From Eubacteriales bacterium (lineage in GTDB: Bacteria > Bacillota > Clostridia > Oscillospirales > UBA644), in assembly GCA_045542115.1 (NCBI GenBank), contig JAZQKK010000014.1, forward strand, positions 338,790-402,789: a DNA stretch of 64,000 nucleotides, read 5' to 3'. Below, one piece after another: positions 1-8,307 of this stretch. Each line of letters opens with the position of its first letter. The first letter of the stretch is position 1. A program made the position numbers and the translations under genes. Under the pieces are notes generated by a model. That model was not told where the DNA came from. It did not search any database and saw only the letters and a list, made by a program, of their open reading frames with translations.

Positions 1-1949
1 GAGGTGGATTCCGCCACCTGTTGCCGAGCTTTTTTGGTAGTAGAGGATTCTTTTGCGTCGCTTCCACCCAGCGCTTCGGTTTCATCAACCTTTGCCGGCG
101 AGGCCCCGACAGGAGCCACCGGTTGACCGCCGCCGAATTGTGCCGCCAACTGTGCCGTTACGTTCGATCCCTCGTGCTTGTCCACGATCTGTGCAAGCAT
201 CAGCATCTGCTGCATCATCATCTTCATCTGCTGGAACATCGTTCCGTTCTGCTGAACCTTGTTGATTACGGCTTGCTTCCGGTCAAAATCCATAATGTCG
301 AGCAACGCCAACGCCTGATCTGCCATCTGAGGATTGAAAATGCCGAGATTATACAGTTGGATCGCCAATTCATTCTGTGCCATTTTACTGTATGGAGAGG
401 CTTTCTGCACCGAAACCTCAACGTCGAATAGTGGCTTGCGAAAGCCTTGATCTTCACCGAACGCCGTCCCCTGATTCTGAATCCGGATCCGCCTGTTGTC
501 GTAGCTTTCGAACCGGTATTCACCGTCGTCTCCAAGAATTCGGAACTTCCGGGGCGTGTTGTAAAACTGTCGGACCAGCTCGATGATCATCAGGCACATT
601 CTGCGAAATGCCCGATAGGACCCCTTGTTATCGTCTCGGGAGAGCTTACTCCCGGCCTCCTGCATCGCCGCCAGCCCGGCCGCCGCCGTGACACCGCCGG
701 TAGTACCGCCGTTGGAAACGTCCCGGTTTCCGGTGGTCTCCTTCAGTGAGTCGATCCAACTCTGATGCACATTAACGTAGACCGAAGACAGAGGTTTGCC
801 CTGTATCGGAACGATGCTGTCCTCTCGGAACTCCCCGGAAACCTTCACGAATTGCTTGGACTGGTCTGCATATTCGTTTAGGTCAATCTCACTGTTTTCT
901 CTGCAGAAGAACCTCGGCGCCGTGTTGGCAAGCATATTCTCCATAATCGCCTGATTTCCCCGGTCGATATATGCCTGCGTATCTTTGCCGGCATCCATAT
1001 ACCCGAAGCCGGCAGGAGTGCCTTCCACGGGGATTACAACGTCGAAAATGAAGGGATAATCTCCGTGCTCATACCAACCGCGATCCGCACAATTCGGGTC
1101 GTTTTCGCTGGCATACAGAACAATGTCGTTGACGTATTTGCAATAATGCAATACGGTTCTGTTGCCGATACGCTTTTTATAATACCAGTCGACGACGCAG
1201 GATTTCTGTTCCGTGTCCACGTTGTCGTCATAATGGTACCGGGAAACCTTTCCGGTATCGCTCCCCAGTTTTCCCTTCAACTGAGGATACTGCGATTCCA
1301 AAAGGTCATTGTCCCGCAATTCAACGTGATACAGATTCCGGGATTCCTGAATATTGGTAACACCGGGTTCCCAAAACAGATTCAGAAGATCTATTTTCCG
1401 GATTGCAATATCACCAAGCCCATTCAGCTTCGATCCATCCCAAAAGACTCCGTAAACGCCCGTGCCGGCCTTTCCCTTGTACCGCATCACGTCGGAATAA
1501 ACCTGCTCAAAATCGTTCTGCTCCAAAATAACGGGGATAATCGACGTCAGCATTTTCGCCTCGTCTTTATCCCCTTCTTCCCGGGGGAGAACGTTGACGG
1601 AGGGATAGTTATCCATCGCGTCGGCGTGCTTATTCAAAAGGGTATTCAGAAGCCATCCGGAGGTGGGCTTGATTTCGGAATCCCGCCCCTTCATACACTC
1701 CCAATGCCGCAGCTTGAACCACTGCTCGTTTTCGATGATCTTGGCATCAAGATTTGTCTTCCCGTCCTTATACCTCTGTAAATCCTTATCTGCTTTGCGA
1801 ACCTCGTCTGCGCCGATCATCTGCCTTTTTCCGGTAGCATTCTCCGGAGATTTCCCCTGCGGCTTCAGATGCAGAAGGGTCGCAATCCCGGAGCCCTGCG
1901 GATTCTCCGCGGGACCCAGGTCTTTCTTTTTTCGGTCAAAAATCCCCAT
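1..1949 (-). CDS. Phage portal protein (N-terminus complete, C-terminus runs off window)
   Basis: Absent from the ORF track because no stop lies in the window. My reverse-complement translation from ATG 1949-1947 (MGIFDRKKKDLGPAENPQGSG...GWYEHGDYPFIFDVVIPVEG...DAKESSTTKKARQQVAESTS) stays open to nt 1. The ATG lies 14 nt inside the terL 3' end. Portal call is from position after TerS-TerL and size >649 aa. Confidence 0.7.
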   Translation of the reverse strand, partial: MGIFDRKKKDLGPAENPQGSGIATLLHLKPQGKSPENATGKRQMIGADEVRKADKDLQRYKDGKTNLDAKIIENEQWFKLRHWECMKGRDSEIKPTSGWLLNTLLNKHADAMDNYPSVNVLPREEGDKDEAKMLTSIIPVILEQNDFEQVYSDVMRYKGKAGTGVYGVFWDGSKLNGLGDIAIRKIDLLNLFWEPGVTNIQESRNLYHVELRDNDLLESQYPQLKGKLGSDTGKVSRYHYDDNVDTEQKSCVVDWYYKKRIGNRTVLHYCKYVNDIVLYASENDPNCADRGWYEHGDYPFIFDVVIPVEGTPAGFGYMDAGKDTQAYIDRGNQAIMENMLANTAPRFFCRENSEIDLNEYADQSKQFVKVSGEFREDSIVPIQGKPLSSVYVNVHQSWIDSLKETTGNRDVSNGGTTGGVTAAAGLAAMQEAGSKLSRDDNKGSYRAFRRMCLMIIELVRQFYNTPRKFRILGDDGEYRFESYDNRRIRIQNQGTAFGEDQGFRKPLFDVEVSVQKASPYSKMAQNELAIQLYNLGIFNPQMADQALALLDIMDFDRKQAVINKVQQNGTMFQQMKMMMQQMLMLAQIVDKHEGSNVTAQLAAQFGGGQPVAPVGASPAKVDETEALGGSDAKESSTTKKARQQVAEST

Positions 1950-3411
1950 ATCCCTTTACCTCCATTCGTTGGTGTTTCTTTCGGGGTAATATATCCTTTT
2001 TCGGAATATCAAGCGCCGTATAAAGCGGCGATTCGTAATACTTGTCCGGTTCCGTAGGCCGACGGGGATTGATTGGACGAGACATACAGAAATACCGCAT
2101 TTCATCGGCAATATGGTCCTCCCCTTCGGTGTCAAGATCTTCCACACGACTATCGTCATAAATCAATGCGGGAACGGTGCGGATAAAGGACTTGCAATTT
2201 CGAAATACGTACATCATCGGGTACCCGCTTTCATCGAAAGCCATTCGATAATGAACCTGCATCCAGCCCGGAATCCGTTGGTTATCACCGGGAGAGAAAT
2301 AAACGCCACATCGAGATGCAGTCTCCGAGATGGATTCCCCGCCGTCCGCCGCAAAAATCGCGGGATCCGCCACGCCGTAGATGGTCTTTCCCTTCAGCCA
2401 ACGATGCTCCCGCTCCACCTTTGCAATTTCCTTGAACACCTGCGGAGCGTTCCATTTCAAGCCCTCATTCGGTGTCTTTGTGCACCCGTACAGTTCCAGG
2501 ATCCGATAGGCAACGCCGTCGTAATCCACGGCCCACCAACCACAAGAGAAGGGCTTGTTGTAGCCCCAGTCGAAGGAGCGATAGATTCGCCAATTCGGAT
2601 TGATTTCAAAGGGATCAATCACGTGAGTCCAGCGTCGGTCTTGGTAGTGGGTCGGATCGTTCCGCCATTCGGAGAAGAATTGCCCTGAATAGCTGTCCCA
2701 ATCCCCGTATAGCAGGGCCTTCCGCTCCGCTTCTGGCAACGCAGCCAGTCGAGTGAGGTATCCGGGGTCGTTTTTCAACAGAATTTCGTTATCAAATACC
2801 GAAGACGGGACAAAAATCCGGGACTTATATTCCGTCGTTTTTCGCCCGTCCGGGTGTTCCACCGACACCTTTTCCCAGATGGTCGTCATAGGCTCTGCCG
2901 CCGTAATAAAGCGGTCTTTTACCCAACCGTGGCCGATCCCACCGGGGTTTGCCGTGGATCGGATATAGCATCGAGTCCCGGGGCCGTTGGGACGGTTCCG
3001 GGACATCAGATAAATATACTCTTCAAAGGTGAAATGAGTCAACTCGTCAAAGGCGATAAAATCGTAGGCTTTCCCCTGATAATTGATCTTGTCTTTGGCG
3101 TGCTGCATCGAGCCGAACACGATCTTGGCTCCGCTTGGAAACCGCCACGTATGATCCCCGGCGTTATATTTCGCACCAGGAAAGGCCGCAGAGTAATACG
3201 CCAGCGATTTATCAATCAGTTCCGTCAGCTGCGGATAGGTCTTTCGTAGGATCAGCCCCTTATAATGGGAAATCTGCACCTGCCGGGTTGCCTCGATCAC
3301 GAGAGCGTCGCTCTTTCCGCCGCCGGCAGCACCTCCGTATAACGCCTCGTCTTCCGGACGGGACATAAACGCTAACTGCCTCGGCTGAGGAGTCCAGACG
3401 ACGTTATTCAT
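1936..3411 (-). CDS. terL: Terminase large subunit
   Basis: 491 aa. Walker A-like GGAAGGGKSD, Walker B-like AFDELTHF, C-terminal nuclease-type half. Overlaps the small terminase by 8 nt. Confidence 0.9.
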   Translation of the reverse strand: MNNVVWTPQPRQLAFMSRPEDEALYGGAAGGGKSDALVIEATRQVQISHYKGLILRKTYPQLTELIDKSLAYYSAAFPGAKYNAGDHTWRFPSGAKIVFGSMQHAKDKINYQGKAYDFIAFDELTHFTFEEYIYLMSRNRPNGPGTRCYIRSTANPGGIGHGWVKDRFITAAEPMTTIWEKVSVEHPDGRKTTEYKSRIFVPSSVFDNEILLKNDPGYLTRLAALPEAERKALLYGDWDSYSGQFFSEWRNDPTHYQDRRWTHVIDPFEINPNWRIYRSFDWGYNKPFSCGWWAVDYDGVAYRILELYGCTKTPNEGLKWNAPQVFKEIAKVEREHRWLKGKTIYGVADPAIFAADGGESISETASRCGVYFSPGDNQRIPGWMQVHYRMAFDESGYPMMYVFRNCKSFIRTVPALIYDDSRVEDLDTEGEDHIADEMRYFCMSRPINPRRPTEPDKYYESPLYTALDIPKKDILPRKKHQRMEVKGYGDF

Positions 3412-3913
3412 TCTCTTCCTCCGGGGGCTTCAGTTCCTCGGCCACAGGGGGAAGCAAAATGACGCCGCAAGCATTTCCTTTGGTTTCGACCTCTTGCTTT
3501 TCAGTCCAGCCCTCAAAATTGTTGGAGAGGTTGAATTTTGCGCCGTTGCAGGTCTCTTTGGAGTATAGAGCCTCTTCGTTGTATTGTTCAATGCGCGAGC
3601 GCGCACGCGTTACCGTGTCAAGAAACTCCTTCTTGCCCCGATAATTCAGCAAAGCCTGCCGGCTGGTGAATCCAAGGTGCAATGCAAGGCCCGTAACCGT
3701 TGGAGGACGGGGTTTTACGCGGTAAATGATGCCCTTTTTGTTAGTCATCGGCTGGCCGTCTGGCTTGAGAAGCATTTCGCCTTCGCAGATTTTGAAATAT
3801 TCGTCGATTTTCGCCTGCATTTCGCTCGATTTTTTATATTTCGGTGGTCTACCGTACTTTTTTTCGTACTCTTCTTTACGTGCTTTTACGCGTTTCTTTT
3901 CATCCTCGTTCAT
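3404..3913 (-). CDS. terS: Terminase small subunit (gp3-type DNA-packaging protein)
   Basis: 169 aa. PPTVTGLALHLGFTSRQALLNYRGKKEF HTH segment and GAKFNLSNNFEGW tail, typical of this family. Directly upstream of TerL. Confidence 0.8.
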   Translation of the reverse strand: MNEDEKKRVKARKEEYEKKYGRPPKYKKSSEMQAKIDEYFKICEGEMLLKPDGQPMTNKKGIIYRVKPRPPTVTGLALHLGFTSRQALLNYRGKKEFLDTVTRARSRIEQYNEEALYSKETCNGAKFNLSNNFEGWTEKQEVETKGNACGVILLPPVAEELKPPEEENE

Positions 3914-4072
3914 ACCCTAAAACTCTCCTTTCTCCAAATTTGCCATGCAAAAAGCCGCCGGCATTTCTACCAACGGCTCACGGTCTTTTATTTTCTTCCG
4001 TCGAGAAATTCCCCACCTACGGCTTTACCCCGACGTTCCTCGCCCGCCAAAATACGACGCACCCACGGAAGA

Positions 4073-4108
4073 GAAAAAAAACAGCGGCCCGAGATTCTCG
4101 GTCGCTGT
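4073..4108 (-). terminator. Intrinsic terminator between late-regulator gene and terS
   Basis: Minus strand reads ACAGCGACCGAGAATCTCGGGCCGCTGT followed by TTTTTTTT. Confidence 0.7.
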
Positions 4109-4121
4109 TCTTCACAATACC

Positions 4122-4151
4122 ATTATAGCACACCTTTAGGGTGACATACAA
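4122..4151 (-). promoter_or_regulatory. Sigma-70-type promoter placed immediately upstream of the 4073-4108 terminator
   Basis: Minus strand TTGTAT-18 nt-TATAAT. The predicted start is about 10 nt before the terminator hairpin. Confidence 0.45.
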
Positions 4152-4161
4152 TGACATCTTT

Positions 4162-4587
4162 TTATTTTTTTGGCTTGATGTGTGTTAATGCTCTGGCATG
4201 GAACCGCTTTGAGTGGCGTACGGAATAATGCATCTTATAAGCCGCCTGCTCTGCAGTCATTCGGTCGCAATACCGATACAGGATCACGTCCCTCTCCCTC
4301 GGGTCTTTTAACTCATTGGCTGCGGAGCGAATGTTTGCTGAAAGCAATTCCTGTTCCTCGATGGCGGCGGCAAGACGGGCGAGGATTCCGTCCAGTTCTT
4401 TCTCTGTCCGAGCAATGATATCCACGTAGCGAGCGTTCCCCGAGGAATTCCTCGGGGATCTCATCTCATTGGGAGCCATAGACGGCAAAGAGCACCGAAG
4501 TTCTTCCACCCGTCTCTTTTCGCCTTTCAGCCATTGAATATACTCTTCCAGATGGTATATCTGCCGGAGCCACGTTCTCGCATCCAT
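4162..4587 (-). CDS. Putative phage late-gene regulator (sigma-70 region-4-like / RinA-DUF1492-like)
   Basis: 141 aa. C-terminal RDVILYRYCDRMTAEQAAYKMHYSVRHSKRFHARAL resembles a region-4 HTH. Last gene before the packaging genes. Confidence 0.45.
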   Translation of the reverse strand: MDARTWLRQIYHLEEYIQWLKGEKRRVEELRCSLPSMAPNEMRSPRNSSGNARYVDIIARTEKELDGILARLAAAIEEQELLSANIRSAANELKDPRERDVILYRYCDRMTAEQAAYKMHYSVRHSKRFHARALTHIKPKK

Positions 4588-4591
4588 AGGT

Positions 4592-5158
4592 TCACCTCAA
4601 TACTTCTTCTTCATAATCCAAGGGCGGAAGCTTTTCCGTTCTCTTTTCTTCCTGACCGAGAAAATCGTCCACCCCGGACAGAATCATTTCCAGCATCGAA
4701 ACAAAATCTTCCGACGGCGTGATCGGATCAATTTCCGCAATCTCCGAAAGTCCCGCACGGAACACCACCGACGGCTTTCCGAAAGTGTCCCTCTTCAGTA
4801 CGCAAGAAATTTCCCTGTCCTTTGCGAAAGGAGACATATACTTCTCCCGTATCAGATAAACCGTACCGTCCTTTGCCTTAAAAGGAACGACCGTCGCCTC
4901 GGCCTTCAGGTTGAGAGGCAATTCCACCAAGGGCTCGTCTCCCGTCAGCTCAATTTTCCCAAAGATCTCTTCCACGGAAAAACCTTCCTCTGGCTTCAGA
5001 TCATACAAGGCGCACAATCCGCCCATTGTAACGGGAGGAAGCCCGACCAAAGCGTACCGGGCCTGAGCTGCGGCAATGTACTGAGGTCCTTCTTCGGGAG
5101 TGAGCAGAGATAATCCTCCCTCTTTTTTGCAAACGTCTATGATTTTCTTAATTTTCAC
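4592..5158 (-). CDS. Hypothetical phage protein
   Basis: 188-aa ORF, tightly packed in the minus-strand operon. No motif recognised. Confidence 0.6.
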   Translation of the reverse strand: MKIKKIIDVCKKEGGLSLLTPEEGPQYIAAAQARYALVGLPPVTMGGLCALYDLKPEEGFSVEEIFGKIELTGDEPLVELPLNLKAEATVVPFKAKDGTVYLIREKYMSPFAKDREISCVLKRDTFGKPSVVFRAGLSEIAEIDPITPSEDFVSMLEMILSGVDDFLGQEEKRTEKLPPLDYEEEVLR

Positions 5159-5333
5159 CGGACAACCTTCTTTCTTCGATATTCTTCACAGCCTGTCCGT
5201 ACTGACAGCCGCTGCGAGCCATTTCGTCCAACGTTTCCGCCCAGGCAAGCCCTCGGGCGGAGCGGCGGGGATCTCCCCGAGATAACTTCTTCCCGCAATT
5301 CACAACCTCGGCAGGCGGTTTAAGTTTTGGCAT
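5148..5333 (-). CDS. Small hypothetical phage protein
   Basis: Start moved to ATG 5333 (MPKLKPPAEV...), preceded by GGAGGG. The longer track ORF would overlap the upstream gene extensively. Confidence 0.45.
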   Translation of the reverse strand: MPKLKPPAEVVNCGKKLSRGDPRRSARGLAWAETLDEMARSGCQYGQAVKNIEERRLSGEN

Positions 5334-5730
5334 AGTAACCCTCCGCTCCTCTTTCGGGCAACCAAATATCAAACGACCTCTTAAATTCACTTGGACTTAG
5401 GGAAACTTCAGGAATAAAGCTTAGAGAAACAAGATGCATCTTAATCCCATATTCCTCCGCAACCAGCCTTTCAACCTTACATCCAGAATAATTCTCATCG
5501 TCTTCTATGCCGACAAAATAGTCCGCATCTGCCATTTTTGAAATAGCTCTACCCAGAAAAAAAATGCTCGGATTTTTCCCCGTTTCACAGTCCGCATCAA
5601 GAAAACTATCAATCACTTCAAGATCTTCCCCGAATGAGAGCTCCGCAATCTTGTGCATTATTTCTCGTGTTTTAAGAATATTTTTTCGAGTTCTACCTCT
5701 CATCGGACAGCTGATAAAAAGTTTTTTCAT
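5320..5730 (-). CDS. DUF4406 / nucleoside 2-deoxyribosyltransferase-like protein
   Basis: MKKLFISCPMRGRT N-terminus and ADADYFVGIEDDENYSGCKVERLVAEEYG match my recollection of the DUF4406 pattern (ISGPMtG ... cDav..l.gWe.S.Ga..E). Confidence 0.5.
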   Translation of the reverse strand: MKKLFISCPMRGRTRKNILKTREIMHKIAELSFGEDLEVIDSFLDADCETGKNPSIFFLGRAISKMADADYFVGIEDDENYSGCKVERLVAEEYGIKMHLVSLSFIPEVSLSPSEFKRSFDIWLPERGAEGYYAKT

Positions 5731-5788
5731 CTTTCCTTCTCCTTTTTTTGAAATTCTATCAATAAATCCGGCAGATCAGAGATTGGAA

Positions 5789-6292
5789 TTACCCCCCCTC
5801 GGAACGGTCGATCAGGAATTTTGCAAACTCTTTCAAGATTTCCTCCGTGAAGAGATTTCGGTTTTCATTCAACCCTTCTTGAAATGCCTCGTCGGCGTTT
5901 TGTGAAAGGATTTTGTTTTCACTCTGTAATCGTTTAATCTCTGCCTCGGCTTTTTTGAGGTGCATTTTCAGCGAATTCCCCGCCGACCGAAGCGAATCGT
6001 TTTCGACCTTCAAATCCTCAATCTCTGCCTTTTGGCGGTTGAATTGCTCCAACCTATCCAACCAACCCATTTGCCAAGCCCGAAACAGAATGCTATCTAT
6101 CACATTCATGCGGTCTAAATACGGTGGATAATCCTTTATAGGGTTCAATTCTCGATGGGTTCTTTCGTCCTCTTCCAAAAGATGAACGATCTGCAATGCG
6201 ATTCGCTTGGAATTGAGAATCAGTTTTAATTCCCCATTTTCAAAAACTCCATAATCGCATACAACATCACGCACCTCATATTTATCCATCAC
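5789..6292 (-). CDS. Hypothetical phage coiled-coil protein
   Basis: 167 aa. The central AEIEDLKVENDSLRSAGNSLKMHLKKAEAEIKRLQSENK region looks like coiled coil. Confidence 0.6.
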   Translation of the reverse strand: MMDKYEVRDVVCDYGVFENGELKLILNSKRIALQIVHLLEEDERTHRELNPIKDYPPYLDRMNVIDSILFRAWQMGWLDRLEQFNRQKAEIEDLKVENDSLRSAGNSLKMHLKKAEAEIKRLQSENKILSQNADEAFQEGLNENRNLFTEEILKEFAKFLIDRSEGG

Positions 6293-6447
6293 TCCGCACC
6301 GCCTTTCTCTTCACGATGTCCAATGCCAATTCCCATTGTCATGTCGTCTGATTCTTCAACCGCATCTTCTTTATGTCCGATGCCAATACCCAATGAATCC
6401 TCATAATCAACAGTATCATTATCGTCAAAATGGATTCCAATAGACAT
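6289..6447 (-). CDS. 52-aa acidic protein with duplicated GIGIGH motif
   Basis: Own translation: MSIGIHFDDNDTVDYEDSLGIGIGHKEDAVEESDDMTMGIGIGHREEKGGAE. RBS GAGGTGAGTGAGGT precedes it. The stop overlaps the next gene's start (GTGATG). Confidence 0.5.
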   Translation of the reverse strand: MSIGIHFDDNDTVDYEDSLGIGIGHKEDAVEESDDMTMGIGIGHREEKGGAE

Positions 6448-6459
6448 ACCTCACTCACC

Positions 6460-6717
6460 TCATTTCTCGATTTGGTGGTCTTCTTCTCCGAAAAGCAATT
6501 TACACATCAATTTCAACTCAAACTCTGGTAGCATGCCATGTTTGACAAGCGAAAACAATTCAATGATTTTTGCATATACATTGTTGAAATCTTTGTCCTT
6601 TTCAACATCATCAAACCTTGACACCTTATAAAGAGAATTGCTTAAACATCTCAATTCGTCATAATCAAGAGTAACCGTTGCAGATTTGCTATTCGTATTT
6701 ATTTCTCGTATAATCAT
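6460..6717 (-). CDS. Hypothetical phage protein
   Basis: Start moved to ATG 6717 (MIIREINTNSK...), giving an ATGA overlap with the upstream stop. Confidence 0.55.
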   Translation of the reverse strand: MIIREINTNSKSATVTLDYDELRCLSNSLYKVSRFDDVEKDKDFNNVYAKIIELFSLVKHGMLPEFELKLMCKLLFGEEDHQIEK

Positions 6718-7034
6718 TTCTCCGCACCGCCTTTCTCGGTTTCGGGCGGTTCGGTCACACCTCGCATATCTGCTCCGCAATAAGGACAAGTTTCTTCACA
6801 AGATTCTTTATCAACAGAGGGAAATGCGTGCCAACAGTTGGAGCATTTATAAAACTTCTTACCATTACGCACACAGGCAAATCTCCACTCTCCACGCTCC
6901 CGAATCGTCACTCCGTTTGCGATAAGGCTTTCTGAAAAATTCTCCCAATAATCTTCGTTATCAAGAGTCATTGCGTGTCTCTCTGCTTTTCTCAACAACT
7001 CAATCAGCCGTTGTTTCAGTTCTTCTCTCTTCAC
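6714..7034 (-). CDS. Hypothetical zinc-ribbon-like phage protein
   Basis: 106 aa with CSNC...CPYC cysteine pairs. GTG start preceded by AAGGAGG. Confidence 0.6.
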   Translation of the reverse strand: MKREELKQRLIELLRKAERHAMTLDNEDYWENFSESLIANGVTIRERGEWRFACVRNGKKFYKCSNCWHAFPSVDKESCEETCPYCGADMRGVTEPPETEKGGAEK

Positions 7035-7120
7035 GATACTGCCTCCTTACAATGCTCCGGGAGATTTGCCCGGACTAGTTCCGCCGGTACGGGTGGCGTA
7101 TCTACGAACAATTCTTTCAT
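7031..7120 (-). CDS. Possible 29-aa micro-ORF, translationally coupled on both sides
   Basis: Own translation: MKELFVDTPPVPAELVRANLPEHCKEAVS. ATGA overlap with the MTase stop and GTGA overlap with the next start. Confidence 0.3.
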   Translation of the reverse strand: MKELFVDTPPVPAELVRANLPEHCKEAVS

Positions 7121-7887
7121 TCGCACACCGCCTTTAAGCACGGCATTTCGCTTGTTGCCAGATTGTAGAAGTTCCGATCTACTTCGAAACCATATGCCCG
7201 TCTACCCAGCTCAGATGCTGCCTGCAGAGTAGAGCCACTCCCGGCCACCGGATCAATAACGACGTCTCCTTCGTCGGTGAAGATCTCAATCAGGCGTTTC
7301 AATACGGATACCGGTTTTTGCGTGGGATGGATTTTGGGATAGTCTTTCTTACTGTCCCGTTTCCACTCAAACCAGTTGAAGATCATATGTTTTTGTCCGT
7401 TCTCGTCGGTGTTGTTAAATTTGGGCAATTTGTCCCGATACAGAACCACGGCAAATTCCGTAGCCCCGACGATTTTCATATTGGCCTTTAAGACCTGGGC
7501 GGAATAGTTCTTAACAAAGAACAACGGATAGGAATTGACAAATCCATACCGTTTCCCGTATTCGATTACGGTTGGAATCTGCTCGAAGGCGCAGAAGACG
7601 ATCATCGCCGGAGCCTTCCCCCGTTCTTTGGGTTCTTTGATAAGTAAGCGGTTGCAGAAGTGCATATACTCCGCAATTTTGAATTGCCCGTCTGTATTAA
7701 AGAACGAGGTCTTCGCCAGTTTACTCTCCCCGTTTTTGTTGTCCCCGTCCTTGTACCACATTGGATTCGACGCATAGGCATCCACACCGATGTTGTAAGG
7801 AATGTCGGCGATTACCAATTGGGCGCGGGGAATATTATATCGCTTGAAGTTTTGGAAATTGTCGTGATAGAGTTCGACAGACTTCAT
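7117..7887 (-). CDS. Orphan DNA methyltransferase (beta-class N6-adenine/N4-cytosine)
   Basis: DIPYN (motif IV, DPPY-type) lies N-terminal and VIDPVAGSGST (motif I) C-terminal. No adjacent endonuclease. Start set to ATG 7887 (ATGA overlap). Confidence 0.85.
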   Translation of the reverse strand: MKSVELYHDNFQNFKRYNIPRAQLVIADIPYNIGVDAYASNPMWYKDGDNKNGESKLAKTSFFNTDGQFKIAEYMHFCNRLLIKEPKERGKAPAMIVFCAFEQIPTVIEYGKRYGFVNSYPLFFVKNYSAQVLKANMKIVGATEFAVVLYRDKLPKFNNTDENGQKHMIFNWFEWKRDSKKDYPKIHPTQKPVSVLKRLIEIFTDEGDVVIDPVAGSGSTLQAASELGRRAYGFEVDRNFYNLATSEMPCLKAVCE

Positions 7888-8075
7888 TTTCTTTTCCCTC
7901 CCGTTTTCTGCTTGATTTCGCCGCATCGAATCACGGCATTTGTCAAGTCCCTATCAACGACTGCACCGCAAACGTCAAAAAACGGACACCCGCCGCATTT
8001 GTCATCCCAAAACAGATTGTAGCACGAAATCGCAGCCTCGGCGTATTCATTCATATCATCGTATACGATATACAT
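7884..8075 (-). CDS. Small Cys-rich hypothetical phage protein
   Basis: MYIVYDDMNEYAE...CGGCPFFDVCG. GGAGGT RBS upstream of ATG 8075. Confidence 0.5.
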   Translation of the reverse strand: MYIVYDDMNEYAEAAISCYNLFWDDKCGGCPFFDVCGAVVDRDLTNAVIRCGEIKQKTGGKRK

Positions 8076-8076
8076 C

Positions 8077-8307
8077 TCAATTACCTCCAACGCTCTCAAC
8101 GATCAGCCGGCTACGGCAGGCAAGAACACATTCAAATGCCTTGATGGCTTTCCCATCTTTGGTAATCAGAAGTTCACGACGGAAGCCGGCGCAGGTCTTT
8201 CTGCTGCCGATGGTTTCATTGCGCAGGGCTCCGCAGTTGTCACAGGTGTATCCGTCCGGGACTTCACGGGCCGGATCGGTGTAAGTACGTATTTTCATAT
8301 TCGTCAT
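8077..8307 (-). CDS. Small Cys-containing hypothetical phage protein
   Basis: Internal start (MTNMKIRTYTDP...CDNCG...) chosen because the longer ORF overlaps the Rep 3' end. Alternative ATG at 8298. Confidence 0.4.
   Translation of the reverse strand: MTNMKIRTYTDPAREVPDGYTCDNCGALRNETIGSRKTCAGFRRELLITKDGKAIKAFECVLACRSRLIVESVGGN

Noticed and set aside
1065-1781. 238-aa plus-strand ORF
   Set aside because: It is antisense to the portal gene, which stays open on the minus strand from 1949 to nt 1.
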